Shown: one piece after another, positions 8,682 to 18,943 of the stretch
How positions within the stretch are numbered: the stretch's first letter is position 1
Layout of the letters: the number at the start of each line of letters is the position of its first letter
From: Diplonema japonicum
Taxonomy: Eukaryota > Protista > Euglenozoa: Diplonemea
Assembly (NCBI GenBank): GCA_964019335.1
Contig: OZ025696.1
Location: 434,001 to 498,000, forward strand
Length of the DNA stretch: 64,000 nucleotides
Reading direction: 5' to 3'
The notes under the pieces: model-generated
Seen by the model: only the letters and a program-made list of their open reading frames with translations
What the model was told of the DNA's origin: nothing
The model's database searches: none
Translations under genes and position numbers: made by a program

Positions 8682-11600
8682 CTACAGGTACAGGCGCTCG
8701 CTCTGAGTGGGTGGCTCATTCGAGGCGGCCATGGCCATGAGCTCATTGAAGTCATCGAGGGTGGCTATGTTCGCCCCTTGCCGCACGATCATGATCCCCG
8801 CCACACCAGCACACAGCGCCAGCACGGAACCAGCAATGGCCACAATGTACCACGGGAACGACCCCCCATCCTCCTCAGGCTGCATGACAGGTGCCTCCTC
8901 ACCACCAAGCTCGGGAGCACTTCTCGTGCCGCTGCTTTCATTGCTGGGAGACACGGTTTCAGGCACACCACCGTCCCCTGGAGAGAACGTCCTCGGGGCT
9001 TCTGTTGTTTCCTTGCTCGGTGCCACGGTGTCTGTGGTCGTCCCGTTGCCCCCCGGTGACGCCGTCCTCGGGGGCTCAGTGGAGGTGCTTCCTGGAGAAA
9101 GCGTTTCCGGAGCCGCAGTGCTTGGTGCTTCGGTGGAAGGGGCTGCGGTGTCCCCTGGGGTCAGGGTTGCAGGGGCAGCAGTCGTTGCAGGGGATCCTGT
9201 CTTCGGTGCGGGGGTGTCTGGTGCCGCTGTCTTCCCAGGGGTGAGTGTTGCAGGAACCGAAGTGGCTGGTGCTGCAGTGTCAGGGACTGGTGTCCTTGGA
9301 GCAGGTGTTTCAGGTGCCGCTGTCTTCCCAGGGGTCAGTGTTGTTGGCGTCTGCGTTGCGGGAGCCGAAGTGGCTGGTGCTGCAGTGTCAGGGACTGGTG
9401 TCCTTGGAGCAGGAGTCACTGGTGCCGCTGTCTTCCCAGGGGTCAGTGTTGCTGGCGTCTGTGTTGCAGGAGCCGAAGTGACTGGTGGCGTGGTGTTAGG
9501 CGCTGGTGTACTGGGTGAAGCCGTGACAGGGCTAGTTGTGTCGGGAACAAGGGTTTCGGGAGCAGGGGTATCAGGTGCCGCTGTCTTTCCAGGGGTCAGT
9601 GTTGCTGGCGTCTGTGTTGCGGGAGCCGAAGTGACTGGTGGCGTGGTGTTAGGCGCTGGTGTTCTGGGTGAAGACGTGACAGGGCTAGTTGTGTCGGGAA
9701 CAAGGGTTTCAGGAGCAGGGGTATCAGGTGCCGCTGTCTTTCCAGGGGTCAGTGTTGTTGGCGTTCGTGTTGCGGGAGCACTTGTTTCAGGAGCAGAGGT
9801 ATCAGGGGTCGGTGTCTTTGGAGCAAGTGTGTCAGGGGCTGTGGTTCTGGGAGCGAGGGTATCAGGGGCTGATGTCTTTGGTGCAGGAGTGCCAGGAGAA
9901 GAGGTATCAGGGGCAGAAGTATCAGGAGCAAGAGTGTCCGGGGCGGGGGTGTCTGGAGCAGGAGTGTCCGGGGCATCGGTTTTCTCCACAGCGCAGGTTG
10001 TGAAGGAGTTGTCGATGAGGATCCACTGCCTGTAGGACTCCGGACGGTAGCAGACCTTGTACTCTGTCTCACCTTGTAGCTTCGGGAGGGTGCTGGGGCT
10101 CCACTCCGTTGCGGTCCCCACCCTCACCATGGACCCCACGGAGGCGGAGCAGCCGTCCAGCGCCACGCACTCCGTCTCAGCATTCTTGCAGTCCGTTGTG
10201 GTGCCGGCGACGATCGCCACCTTGTCGGAGGCCGACAGCTTGTCCGTCCCGGGGTAGAAGTGGAAGACGGGGGCATCCTTCCCGGGCTTCGGGCAGGCCG
10301 GAGTGAGCGAGAGCTGCGGGTCGCGGTGGCCACAAAGCAGAGCCACAGAGTCTATGTAGCAAGCCCCCGTACCAGCCGGGGAGGTGGAGAACTGGAGCTC
10401 CGCAACCGACTCGAAGCCGTTCGGGATCTTGGGGGCGACAGAGGTCTCCACCACCCCGTCCAAGGTCACCGTGATGTCCTTCGTCTCCCAGTTCAGTGCG
10501 AGCTCGACCTTGTGCCAGGTCCCCAGGTTCACCTTCCCGAAGTAGCTGGTTGGGTCCGCGTCCAGCCTCACTCCGAACGAGTCGCCGATCCCGATGTACA
10601 CGCGGATGCTCTCCGCAGTCGCCGCCTTCAGCGAGACCGCTAGCTGCACGTTCTCCTTTTCTATCTGCGCAAAGAAGGAGAGGGTGGAGGCCCGGATCCC
10701 TCCCGTTGATGAAGAGTAGAGGAAACCGTAGTCCTTGAAGGTGAAGGACCCCGCCCCTTCCTTCTTCACAGCCGTCGTGACCTCTGCGATGGAGGAGGCC
10801 ACCGTCGCCGGGTCGTCGAACGGGAGGTTCACGCTGTGGTGGCACTCCCCGGGAATCTGGAACTCGAGGTCCTTGTGCGACCACACGGGTTTCGTTCCGC
10901 TCTTGAACATCGCCCCAGTGAGGTACAGGTCCACAAGCTCAGTCGCCGAGGTGCGGAAGGTGGGCGCCGCCTTCAGAGGGCCCAGCGTCACCACCTGCCC
11001 CGCGATGGTGACGAGCGAGGTGTCGAGCATCGTCCCCCGAAGCCCGTCCCACCCCGTCGCCGACAGGTGGTCCGGTACCATCGCCTCGATCACCGCCTGC
11101 TTCGTCGCCTCCGAGTCCACCCACTCGTCGTGGTCCCCCACGAGTGTCAGCGTCATCGTCGTCCCCCCCGCCCGAAGCTGGTCCTGCGTCAGCCCCTCCA
11201 CAACGCTCCCCGTCATCAGGATGTAGTCCGTACACCACAGGTGGAACTCGTCGAACCACGCCCCTCCAGATAGGCTCACTTTGCTGATCCCGTCAGGGCA
11301 GCTGCTGCTGAACCCCGAAGTCGCCTCCTTCTTCCCGTCCACGTACAGGTCCACCTTTCCAGCCCCCGCCCAGTCGACGTGCAGGTCGAAGTGGTAGAAC
11401 TCCTTCGGCTCCGCTTTCAGGGTCGCCGTCGCCGCGGCCGTGAACCCAAGGCGCCACGCCCCGTTCGCGTACCGCACCGAGAAGCACGTCCCCGCCGAGC
11501 TGCTGAAGAACGCGGCCGGGGTCTCCGGGTCCGCGAAGCGCGCCGCGTAGAAGGTGATCCTCCGAGGCTTGCTGTGCGTCCCCAGCCCCAGCTTCCCCGC

Positions 11601-13019
11601 CCCAAAGACGGTGTCGTCGTTCTCGTCCCCCAGCTTCCACGACCCGGTCCCTTCCGCAAACTTCGCCACGTCCAAGAGCGACGACCCCGGATCGCCGGTC
11701 GACTCCCACGACCCGAGGTCGCCGTCGAAGGCGTTCACCTGGTTCGCAGGGCAGTCCGCGAACCCGGCGCACTCCAGCCCCCCATAGCCCCCGTCGCACT
11801 TGCACGGCGACTTCGCGTCGTTCGTGCACGTCCCGCGCTCCCCGCACACCTTCGCGTCGTTCGCCGGTACCCCGAAGCACACCGCCTCAGCGTTCACCAC
11901 CGTCACCCCCACCGCACACGTCGTCTCCACCCCGTCGCTCCCCTTGAAGGTCGTCGCCAGCACGAAGTCCTTCCCCACATCCGAGGTGTCCGGGGTGAAG
12001 GCCACCTGCGTGAAGCCCACCCGCCAGATATTCCCGCCATCGGCCACAGTCTTCGTGGTGCGTGCCCCGGGTGCCGTCGTCTCCCCGTACGACACCGTCA
12101 TCGTCTTCCCCTCCGCGTACAGCCCGTTGAACTCCACCAGCCACTCCTTGCTGTGCGGGATGAGGTGCTTCTTCGCCGCACCCCCCCCTCCTCGCGACGT
12201 CCGGCAGGTCGGTGCTGTGAACTCCTTCACGCACCCGTTGTACATGAAGTCGATCGTGTCGACGTCCCCCGCCGACAGCCTCACCTGCTGCCCGATGGGT
12301 GCGGGTGCCACGATCGACGGTGACGACCCCGTTGCGAAGTAGAACGCCCCGTAGTGCATGATGCTCCCGTAGTCGTAGGCCCCGATGCTGCGCCCAGCCG
12401 CCCCCGTCTTCGAGAACTGCCCCAACTCAGAGGGCTTGATCTCTGCCGTGTCCACGAACACGTAGCTGTCCCTGTCGTTCCGCGTCTGCTCGTGCATGAG
12501 CCCCAGGCTGTGCCCCAGCTCGTGGATCGTCGACCCCCCCGAGCAAGACGACGCCAGGTTGACCTGGTTCACATCGTCCACGTCCTGTGTCATCCCGAGG
12601 GGCGAGTTGCAGGCGTTCTTGTCGGAGATGAAGTACACGTACGGCTTGGCACACCCCGCCTTCGTCGCGCACCGCGTGAACCGGATGCACGTCTTCGCCT
12701 CCCAGTGCGCCACAGCGTTCAGGATCCTCCAGTCGTCCGCCGGCAACAGGAAGCTCCCCGCGGGGTTCCTCGGATTCGTCTCCGCCGTCTCGATGTAGTA
12801 CCGCACCTTCCCCTCGGGCCACAGGTTCGAGGTGGTCGCGAAGCTCGACCCCAACAGCCGCCCCTCCCGTTCTCCCGCCTGCAACGGGACCTGGATGTCC
12901 CCCTCCAACAGCGTGTAGTCGTGGTGGCTCTCCTTCGCAGCCCGTCCTTCAACGAGCAGGTCCCCTCCACCAGTAACCCCCAACAACAGCAGCAACAGGT
13001 GCCGGCAGATCCCTTTCAT
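8682..13019 (-). CDS. Type I membrane astacin (M12A) metalloprotease with EGF-like domain, beta-rich domains and Thr/Pro mucin stalk (copy A)
   Basis: Signal peptide, LEGDI pro-motif, HELGHSLGLMHEQTRNDRD, SIMHY Met-turn, EGF Cys pattern, TPAP repeats, C-terminal TM. Start set at MKGICRH (13019) by comparison with copy B. Confidence 0.93.
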   Translation of the reverse strand: MKGICRHLLLLLLGVTGGGDLLVEGRAAKESHHDYTLLEGDIQVPLQAGEREGRLLGSSFATTSNLWPEGKVRYYIETAETNPRNPAGSFLLPADDWRILNAVAHWEAKTCIRFTRCATKAGCAKPYVYFISDKNACNSPLGMTQDVDDVNQVNLASSCSGGSTIHELGHSLGLMHEQTRNDRDSYVFVDTAEIKPSELGQFSKTGAAGRSIGAYDYGSIMHYGAFYFATGSSPSIVAPAPIGQQVRLSAGDVDTIDFMYNGCVKEFTAPTCRTSRGGGGAAKKHLIPHSKEWLVEFNGLYAEGKTMTVSYGETTAPGARTTKTVADGGNIWRVGFTQVAFTPDTSDVGKDFVLATTFKGSDGVETTCAVGVTVVNAEAVCFGVPANDAKVCGERGTCTNDAKSPCKCDGGYGGLECAGFADCPANQVNAFDGDLGSWESTGDPGSSLLDVAKFAEGTGSWKLGDENDDTVFGAGKLGLGTHSKPRRITFYAARFADPETPAAFFSSSAGTCFSVRYANGAWRLGFTAAATATLKAEPKEFYHFDLHVDWAGAGKVDLYVDGKKEATSGFSSSCPDGISKVSLSGGAWFDEFHLWCTDYILMTGSVVEGLTQDQLRAGGTTMTLTLVGDHDEWVDSEATKQAVIEAMVPDHLSATGWDGLRGTMLDTSLVTIAGQVVTLGPLKAAPTFRTSATELVDLYLTGAMFKSGTKPVWSHKDLEFQIPGECHHSVNLPFDDPATVASSIAEVTTAVKKEGAGSFTFKDYGFLYSSSTGGIRASTLSFFAQIEKENVQLAVSLKAATAESIRVYIGIGDSFGVRLDADPTSYFGKVNLGTWHKVELALNWETKDITVTLDGVVETSVAPKIPNGFESVAELQFSTSPAGTGACYIDSVALLCGHRDPQLSLTPACPKPGKDAPVFHFYPGTDKLSASDKVAIVAGTTTDCKNAETECVALDGCSASVGSMVRVGTATEWSPSTLPKLQGETEYKVCYRPESYRQWILIDNSFTTCAVEKTDAPDTPAPDTPAPDTLAPDTSAPDTSSPGTPAPKTSAPDTLAPRTTAPDTLAPKTPTPDTSAPETSAPATRTPTTLTPGKTAAPDTPAPETLVPDTTSPVTSSPRTPAPNTTPPVTSAPATQTPATLTPGKTAAPDTPAPETLVPDTTSPVTASPSTPAPNTTPPVTSAPATQTPATLTPGKTAAPVTPAPRTPVPDTAAPATSAPATQTPTTLTPGKTAAPETPAPRTPVPDTAAPATSVPATLTPGKTAAPDTPAPKTGSPATTAAPATLTPGDTAAPSTEAPSTAAPETLSPGSTSTEPPRTASPGGNGTTTDTVAPSKETTEAPRTFSPGDGGVPETVSPSNESSGTRSAPELGGEEAPVMQPEEDGGSFPWYIVAIAGSVLALCAGVAGIMIVRQGANIATLDDFNELMAMAASNEPPTQSERLYL

Positions 13020-13243
13020 GGTTCTTTTTTTTTTTCTTTTTTCTTTTCTTTTTTTCTTTTTTCTTTTTTGCGGGGTGTACGGCTTTTGCTTTTTTATTAT
13101 GTCGGAAAACCTGTTTTGTATTTGTGAGTTGCGTTGAGTGCTGATGAGGATGAGGATGAGGGGGAAACCTAAATGGGGAAAAGAAATGGGAATAATAAAG
13201 CAAGTTACGAAGGAGAGAGAAAGAAAGAGAGAGAGGTGCACTG

Positions 13244-13630
13244 TACTAGGTACCTCTCAGTTTCGGACATATCTCGCGACTCCTCCAGGTGCTGTCCTCA
13301 TCAGGCGAGAGGCACCCTTCAACGGCTCCTACTAGCGTCCCAGCAGGTTGGAGAGCACTTTTCCCGACCACGGTCTTCGCGTTTGCTCTGTGGACAAGAC
13401 TATGGTAGAGCCAGGTCCTTAGTGGCACCAATGGTTCCATCAAACCTTATAAGCGATCTCGCTGAGGATAGAAGCTACGAGCTACAGGATGGGGACACAG
13501 CTACACACTACGTCTAGTTCTTGTTGTCGGGGTCGGTGGCGTGGGGTCAAGTGTCAGGGTAATAGGGGACGCCTTTCGCGCCGCCCAGTGGGGACCCCGT
13601 GGAGGTGCCAGCTTCCGTCTGCTTAGATGA
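13244..13630 (-). mobile_element. Hammerhead-bearing dispersed repeat, longest copy
   Basis: Homology to the astacin upstream region stops at about 13244; 13244-13408 aligns with two other copies. Right boundary uncertain. Confidence 0.7.
13257..13320 (-). ncRNA. Putative hammerhead ribozyme, non-circularly permuted strand order
   Basis: Minus strand reads gggtgc-c-TCTCGC-CTGATGA-GGACA-gcacct-ggagga-GTC-GCGAGA-ta-TGTCC-GAAAC-t, with all core nucleotides present. Stems covary with the copy at 49811-49874. Confidence 0.75.
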
Positions 13631-13663
13631 CATTTCTTTTTTTGTAAATGTCTCTTTTTTTTT

Positions 13664-14350
13664 TATATTTCACTCAGAAATTACTTCACGCACTGGGGGG
13701 CCCATTACTTCACGCTAAATCTCATTACTTCACGGTGAAATAATGGCCTGTTTTCCGTGAAGTAATAGGGGGTTTACGGTAAATAATATGCCTCGGTAGG
13801 CCAATTTTTGCCTCGGTTCGGTTCCCAGTGGGGCTACTTTTTCCTCTCAGTTTGCTATTTCCCCCCAGGTTCAGCTCAATTGGCCAACTTTTGCCTCGGC
13901 TCAGTTCCAAGTTGGACTACTTTTTCCTCCCAATTTGCCCACTTTTGGCTAGGCCTTGTTCCCAGTTTCTGTGGGTAACTCTTCTGTGGGTAAGGGTAAC
14001 TTAGTCAGCTTACCCAAAGCACCCCAAAAAAGATTTCAAAATACCGAAGCAGCAGAAAAAAAGGAGCCAGCGGCCGCGCTAGGTATGGGAAGGCCTGATT
14101 AGAGATGGTGACAGTGGCAATGCCAGCGACAGCGGCAGCGGCAGCTCTTAGTCAACAAAAGGAGGAAAAACAACTTGTATTGTAACCTTTGTAACCCCTC
14201 TCTTGTTGTACCCCTTGTCACCCTGTTGTGCCCCTTGTGGTGAAGTAATTTCAGAGTGTCGTGAAATAAAACCACTTACCTACCGCCAAGTAATGCTTTA
14301 CCGACCTCGAGGTAACGGTAAAGTCATTACTTGTTGGCAGTAAATAGCTA
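13664..14350 (+). mobile_element. Non-autonomous Crypton-like element
   Basis: 19-bp inverted repeats (cactc[a/t]gaaattacttcac) at 13671 and ending 14258, subterminal attacttcac repeats, then aaataaaac, a palindrome at 14281-14342 and terminal taaatagcta. Same layout as the recombinase-bearing copies. Confidence 0.65.
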
Positions 14351-14392
14351 TTTTTTTTTTTTTTTTTTCAAAATACCAATGCAGGGCCGCCA

Positions 14393-14748
14393 TCGCAAAG
14401 CTCGACCCCAGCAGCCGCCCCTCCCGTTCTCCCGCCTGCAACGGGACCTGGATGTCCCCCTCCAACAGCGTGTAGTCGTGGTGGCTCTCCTTCGCAGCCC
14501 GTCCTTCAACGAGCAGGTCCCCTCCACCAGTAACCCCCAACAACAGCAGCAACAGATGCCGCAGGGTGTTCCCTTCCTCCTTGGTCCCCTCAAGTGCGTC
14601 GCTCTGTGGCCTCAGGGCCCCCCACCACCCTGTTTCTTCGCCGCTTGTTCCCTACAGAACTCGCTTGCGGTTATCTTCCTCGCAGCAGTTGTCGCACGCG
14701 TGTTCGAGTCCCTCCGAGCTTCCGTACCCCTTGGCAGATCCCTTTCAT
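14393..14748 (-). pseudogene. Truncated 5' fragment of the astacin gene with a 172-bp insertion
   Basis: Encodes MKGIC/RHLLLLLLGVTGGG...LLGSSFA and then loses homology; insertion at 14561-14732. Confidence 0.85.
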
Positions 14749-14813
<65 letters not shown>

Positions 14814-15544
14814 GTCGGAAAGCCTGTTTTGTGAGTTGCGTGAATGAGGATGAGGGGGAAACCCCTGATGGGGAAAAGAAATGGGAATAATAAAGCAAGT
14901 TACGAAGGAGAGAGAGGTGCGCTGTTTCAACGATTTATTGCAAGTGCAAAAAAAGTTGAAAAATGGTGGCTGCTTTCTCTCATCTGATAGGTGGGACATT
15001 GCTGAAAATATAATCCTCATGGTTTGTCTGTTCTGTTTTGTTATTGATGCAAAAAAAGTACCTGTCAGATGTACCAATGTTGCCTGGTCTTCTGTCTTCT
15101 GGCTTTGACAACAAGAGTGTTGACAACAAGAGCCAGTGTGCAGAATGACACGAATAATAATATCGCCTATTTCCTCTGAAGGCCCCTTTTTATTCATGTT
15201 TTTTTTTATCATTTTGAAAAAGAGGGGGGGGGTGAGGGGGGTCAAAGGCGGTGTGAGGGAGATGACGCAGAATAAAGGTGTCTTTGAGGGGAACCTGCAG
15301 CATGCGACAGGATCGCCCAATCTTTTTTTCTTAGCCCTCTCCAGTTGAGGCTGTGGCACTGAGCTACGTGAATTCTCACAAGCCCCACGGGTCATGGAGA
15401 AGAAAGACAGAGAGGAAGAAGAGAGGAAGAATTTAAAGCAAAACAAAGAAAAAGAGGATAGAAAAGGGACTTGCCCGGAGGAGAATAAAAAGTTTTGTGA
15501 ATTATTAAAAATTATCTGGGAATAATTTTAATTTTCGACAATAA

Positions 15545-16288
15545 TAATTATTGATTTATGAAAAATAAAGTGGACTTTATTTCCCGCGGCTGATGATCTG
15601 TCCCGAGAGGGGGGGGGGGGGGGGGGGGGGGGGGTGGAAATCAGGTTCCAAGGGAAAGAGTAAAGTCCTACTTTGATTCATGAATACGTAATTTTATTTA
15701 TTTTCTGGTTCCCGATGGCACTCCCAAACCCCCCCAAAGCCAGGAAGTCCAGGATTTGACATAACATTAAGACAGGGGGTTGCTTGCACAGCTCGTCCAC
15801 GCCTTCAGCATGGCAGTCAACCTGGGCCAGTCTTGCAGTTTGGCTATAAAGGGACCAGAGGCTCGACGGATTAAGCCCTCCTTTGTACAGGGCATCGAAC
15901 TACGTTATCATGTCAGCCTCCCTGGGCTTTCTGGTGCGGATGTGGCTGAACTCGATGAACTCCCTGAGGAACCTGGGTGCACCAGCGACGCATGGCCCCT
16001 GTTCTTGAGCGATGATCTTACCGCAGATGCCATCCATGACTGAAAGGCAACCCCCGACAGCCAACACCAGGATGCAACAGCAAAATGGTGACAGGCACGT
16101 GCAGGATCCCCTGTCCACGGTGGGCACCAACCATGGCACAAATACTGTAAAGATTTGTTGATTTTCTGGCCTCTCTTCTCTGAAGCCCCATTTTTACAAA
16201 TCAGCAGAAAACATAGGGAAATATGGAAAAAACTTTATTTTCCCGGCTCTAGACAAAATCCCTTTAGAGGGAATCCAGAAAATAAATA
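15545..16288 (-). mobile_element. Crypton-like element with an N-terminal tyrosine-recombinase fragment
   Basis: Palindrome at about 15554-15685, then ttttattta, then body inverted repeats tatttattttctggttccc / gggaatccagaaaataaata. Minus strand translates PREADMIT*FDALYKGGLNPSSLWSLYS. Absent from unit B. Confidence 0.65.
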
Positions 16289-16499
16289 GGGGGGGGGGGA
16301 AGGGGAATAAAAAATAAAAAATAAAAAGAAACTGAAAGAAAAAAGATGAACCAGCCGTAGTTTGTGCCAGGTAAGACCTGGAGACGCTTGTCAACCCGAA
16401 ACACGTTGCCAACGTTCCCCTTTTGTTTAGACAAGTCAAAAGACTCGTTCTTGCAAAAAAGACTACTACAAAAAAGATGTTCCTCCTGTTAAACCAAAC

Positions 16500-17249
16500 T
16501 CAGATTCTACCACAGCCACCCTCTGCATTGCGGGGCGCATTGGGGTGTTTGAGGCCATGAGGATAAGTAGGCTGAGTGACGTTCTTAGTTTGCTCCTGCA
16601 TTTCCTCATCATCCTTGTGAAGGGGCACAGGGTCGGCCACCTCCAGACGGGTGTAGTACATGAACCCAAAGAAAACAGGAGCCAGCGAGAAGAAAACATC
16701 GAGACACACCAAGAAGATATTTGAGGTCGTGAAGCCCATCGAGGTGCGGGCGGAGGGTGCATGGTTGCAGTCGTTTGTGGACCACGCCTCGCACGTCACA
16801 TTGGCAACATCATTGTACGCATTGATCATGTCCCTGCTACACGTGCTGTTCGCAAGGCAGGGAAGCTCTGCCTCCCCACATCCTTGGAAAGAGCTCTGCC
16901 CCACCTGACAGGAAGCAGCAACCATGACAGTGGCAGCAACTGTCATCACAACCTTCCCAACTACCACCACAACACCGTACAGGACATATACAGCCAGCAT
17001 CCCACGGTTCACCTTCATTGCACCCCATAACCCAAAGGGGAAGGCCGTCCACAGGAGGATGAGCCCCGCCACAGCGGCGTTGTGCTCCGCCTTGTTGTTC
17101 TTCGTTGTGAAAAGAACGATGAGCGCAGTCACCGTGCTGAAGATGTAGGTGATGATGAAGTTCTCGATGAAGAAGTAGCGCAGCTGCTTCGCGTCGAGCA
17201 TGTCCTCCCCAACAGAGGTCTTCAACAGGTTCCAGTAGGAGGTCGACAT
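16500..17249 (-). CDS. Four-TM protein with tetraspanin-like topology (6-Cys loop between TM3 and TM4), copy A
   Basis: Three clustered hydrophobic helices, a Cys-rich loop with N-glycosylation sequons, and a fourth helix. The protein is identical to 25598-26347. Confidence 0.8.
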   Translation of the reverse strand: MSTSYWNLLKTSVGEDMLDAKQLRYFFIENFIITYIFSTVTALIVLFTTKNNKAEHNAAVAGLILLWTAFPFGLWGAMKVNRGMLAVYVLYGVVVVVGKVVMTVAATVMVAASCQVGQSSFQGCGEAELPCLANSTCSRDMINAYNDVANVTCEAWSTNDCNHAPSARTSMGFTTSNIFLVCLDVFFSLAPVFFGFMYYTRLEVADPVPLHKDDEEMQEQTKNVTQPTYPHGLKHPNAPRNAEGGCGRI

Positions 17250-18943
17250 CTTGTCGTTTTTTTTTCCTTTTTCTTTTCTTTTTTTGTGTAAACCTTTTTC
17301 AAGTAGGGGGTAAACTGGTTTTCAAAATATTTTTGTTCACCATCCCATGGTAACCACTGCCCGTTCTTGCAAGCACCCATGCTCTCCGAGATCAAGCCCA
17401 GCCAAGGTCTTCAGGAAAGGTCCCGGGCAATGTCCACCAGGCATGTGGTGGGATGTGCAAGGTTCGGAAACATTGGGGGTGTTCTCAGCCGCAGGGGTGT
17501 TAACATTATAAAAAAGGTTTTTTTTAAAAAAAAGGGGGGGGCGGGAGAAGGGGAAGAAAGAGCTAGTGTTAGATGTGGGAGTTGGGGAAAGAGAAGGTGT
17601 TCACGGACCTCCCCATCGTATGTTTTTTTTTTTTTAATGCATTTAAGGGGGGCTAAGATGTTAAGAATCCTATCCTTTTATATGGTGAAAGAGACAAAAA
17701 AAAGGGGGGGGGGGAGAAAAAGAAATTCATTCTGATTTTGGGAAACGAAGCTAGATGGAGCTTCGCCCAAAAAACAAAAAGAAGGACCGTTCATTGAAAA
17801 AAAAAAAAAAAAAAATGAAAAAAAGACTTTCTCACCAATCGAAAGAAGGGAGGAGGCACAGGATAAGTAACGAGCAAACAGTGTACTCTTACTTTGCTTA
17901 ACCACACACTGCACCGGGTGATCGCTATTCTCCAAGGTGTATGCCATGACGAAGCTGGAGGGAGAGAGAAAAAAAAGGGGGAAAAAAAAAAGGGCTCTCC
18001 ACCACCCTCTTTTTTCTTTTTTAATCGTTCTCCCTCTATGACAAGGAGATGTATCAAAAGGTGTTTGTTCAGCAAATGGTTAAGAAGAAGGAAACCCCCT
18101 CCCCCTACATTTAGGTTTAAAAGCTTTTTTAACAGTTCATTTGAAGGAGAGAGACGGGAAGCAAATAAAAAAGGGAAGGGGAGGAGGGGCTTTTATCTCC
18201 AAGACGAGCAGTAATAGAATACAGCTACCTTTCTTTCTTTTTCTTTTTGTTAAATACGTACGTAGTTCTTTTTTTTTTTTATGGAGAAAAAAAAGGTTTT
18301 TTTTTGGGGGGGGGGAGGAAAAGAAAATTGAAAAAGATCTGGAAGAAGGAAAGAATAAAAACGAAGAGAATTTCCGTCACGCCGTCGTGAGTCGGGAGAA
18401 GGGAATGGGAAACTAGAATACCCTTGCAAACGAGCCATTAAAGAATAAATCTATGAAATCAGGACAAGAGTCTTCCCCTCCTCTCTTCTATCCCCTCTAC
18501 TTCCTTCGTGTTTCTTACAACTTTCCGGCGAACGGCTTTTTTTTATTATGCTGTGATGTAAATTGAGGTCGGCAATAATAACGACCAACATTCACAAACA
18601 AAAAAGGAGAAGAGAGAATGACAAAGGATGATTCACCAAAATGATTGGCATATTTCTGTTCTTGGAGAGGGGATAAGGCAGGCTCAACAAAATAATGTCG
18701 ATGGAGCCAAAAACAAAAAAAACAAAACAAAAAAAAGAGTCGGTTGATTGTTGCTTGTGCACAGCCGGGGTTAACCTGTAGAAGGATAAGCCCAGCAATG
18801 CTACCACTACTCTTTTTGCAACAACTATCAAATATATTGTTCAAGAACTTCTTGTTCAAGCAAAACAAGAAAAAGAAAAGAAAAGGAAGATGTGTGATGA
18901 TAGGTGGAGAGGACTCTCGAGTGCAACAGACTCCACAGCTCAC

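Larger units (their letters stand above)
5895..17310. repeat. Segmental duplication unit A (downstream spacer + astacin + 4-TM gene)
   Basis: Colinear with about 17555-26412; for example 6140-6240 matches 17845-17950, and both CDSs are duplicated. Boundaries are approximate. Confidence 0.85.

Noticed and set aside
9180-9980. Regularly spaced repeats as a CRISPR-like array
   Set aside because: In-frame coding mucin repeats with no unique spacers.
8707-10035. Long plus-strand Gly/Ala/Val ORFs (also 18969-20510)
   Set aside because: Antisense of the Thr/Pro/Ala stalk repeats, which lack stops on that strand.
13020-13241. 74-aa N-terminal extension of astacin A
   Set aside because: Low-complexity UTR sequence, not open in copy B; the signal peptide begins at MKGICRH.
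13241-13260. Canonical type I hammerhead using the GUA downstream of GAAAC, with palindromic AGGUACCU in loop III
   Set aside because: Bases after GUA do not pair with those before CUGANGA in any copy and the palindrome is not conserved; the internal GUC has a covarying stem I.
17479-17499. 21-nt match to the pectin acetylesterase 3' region at the duplication junction
   Set aside because: Too short to interpret; flanks show no further homology.
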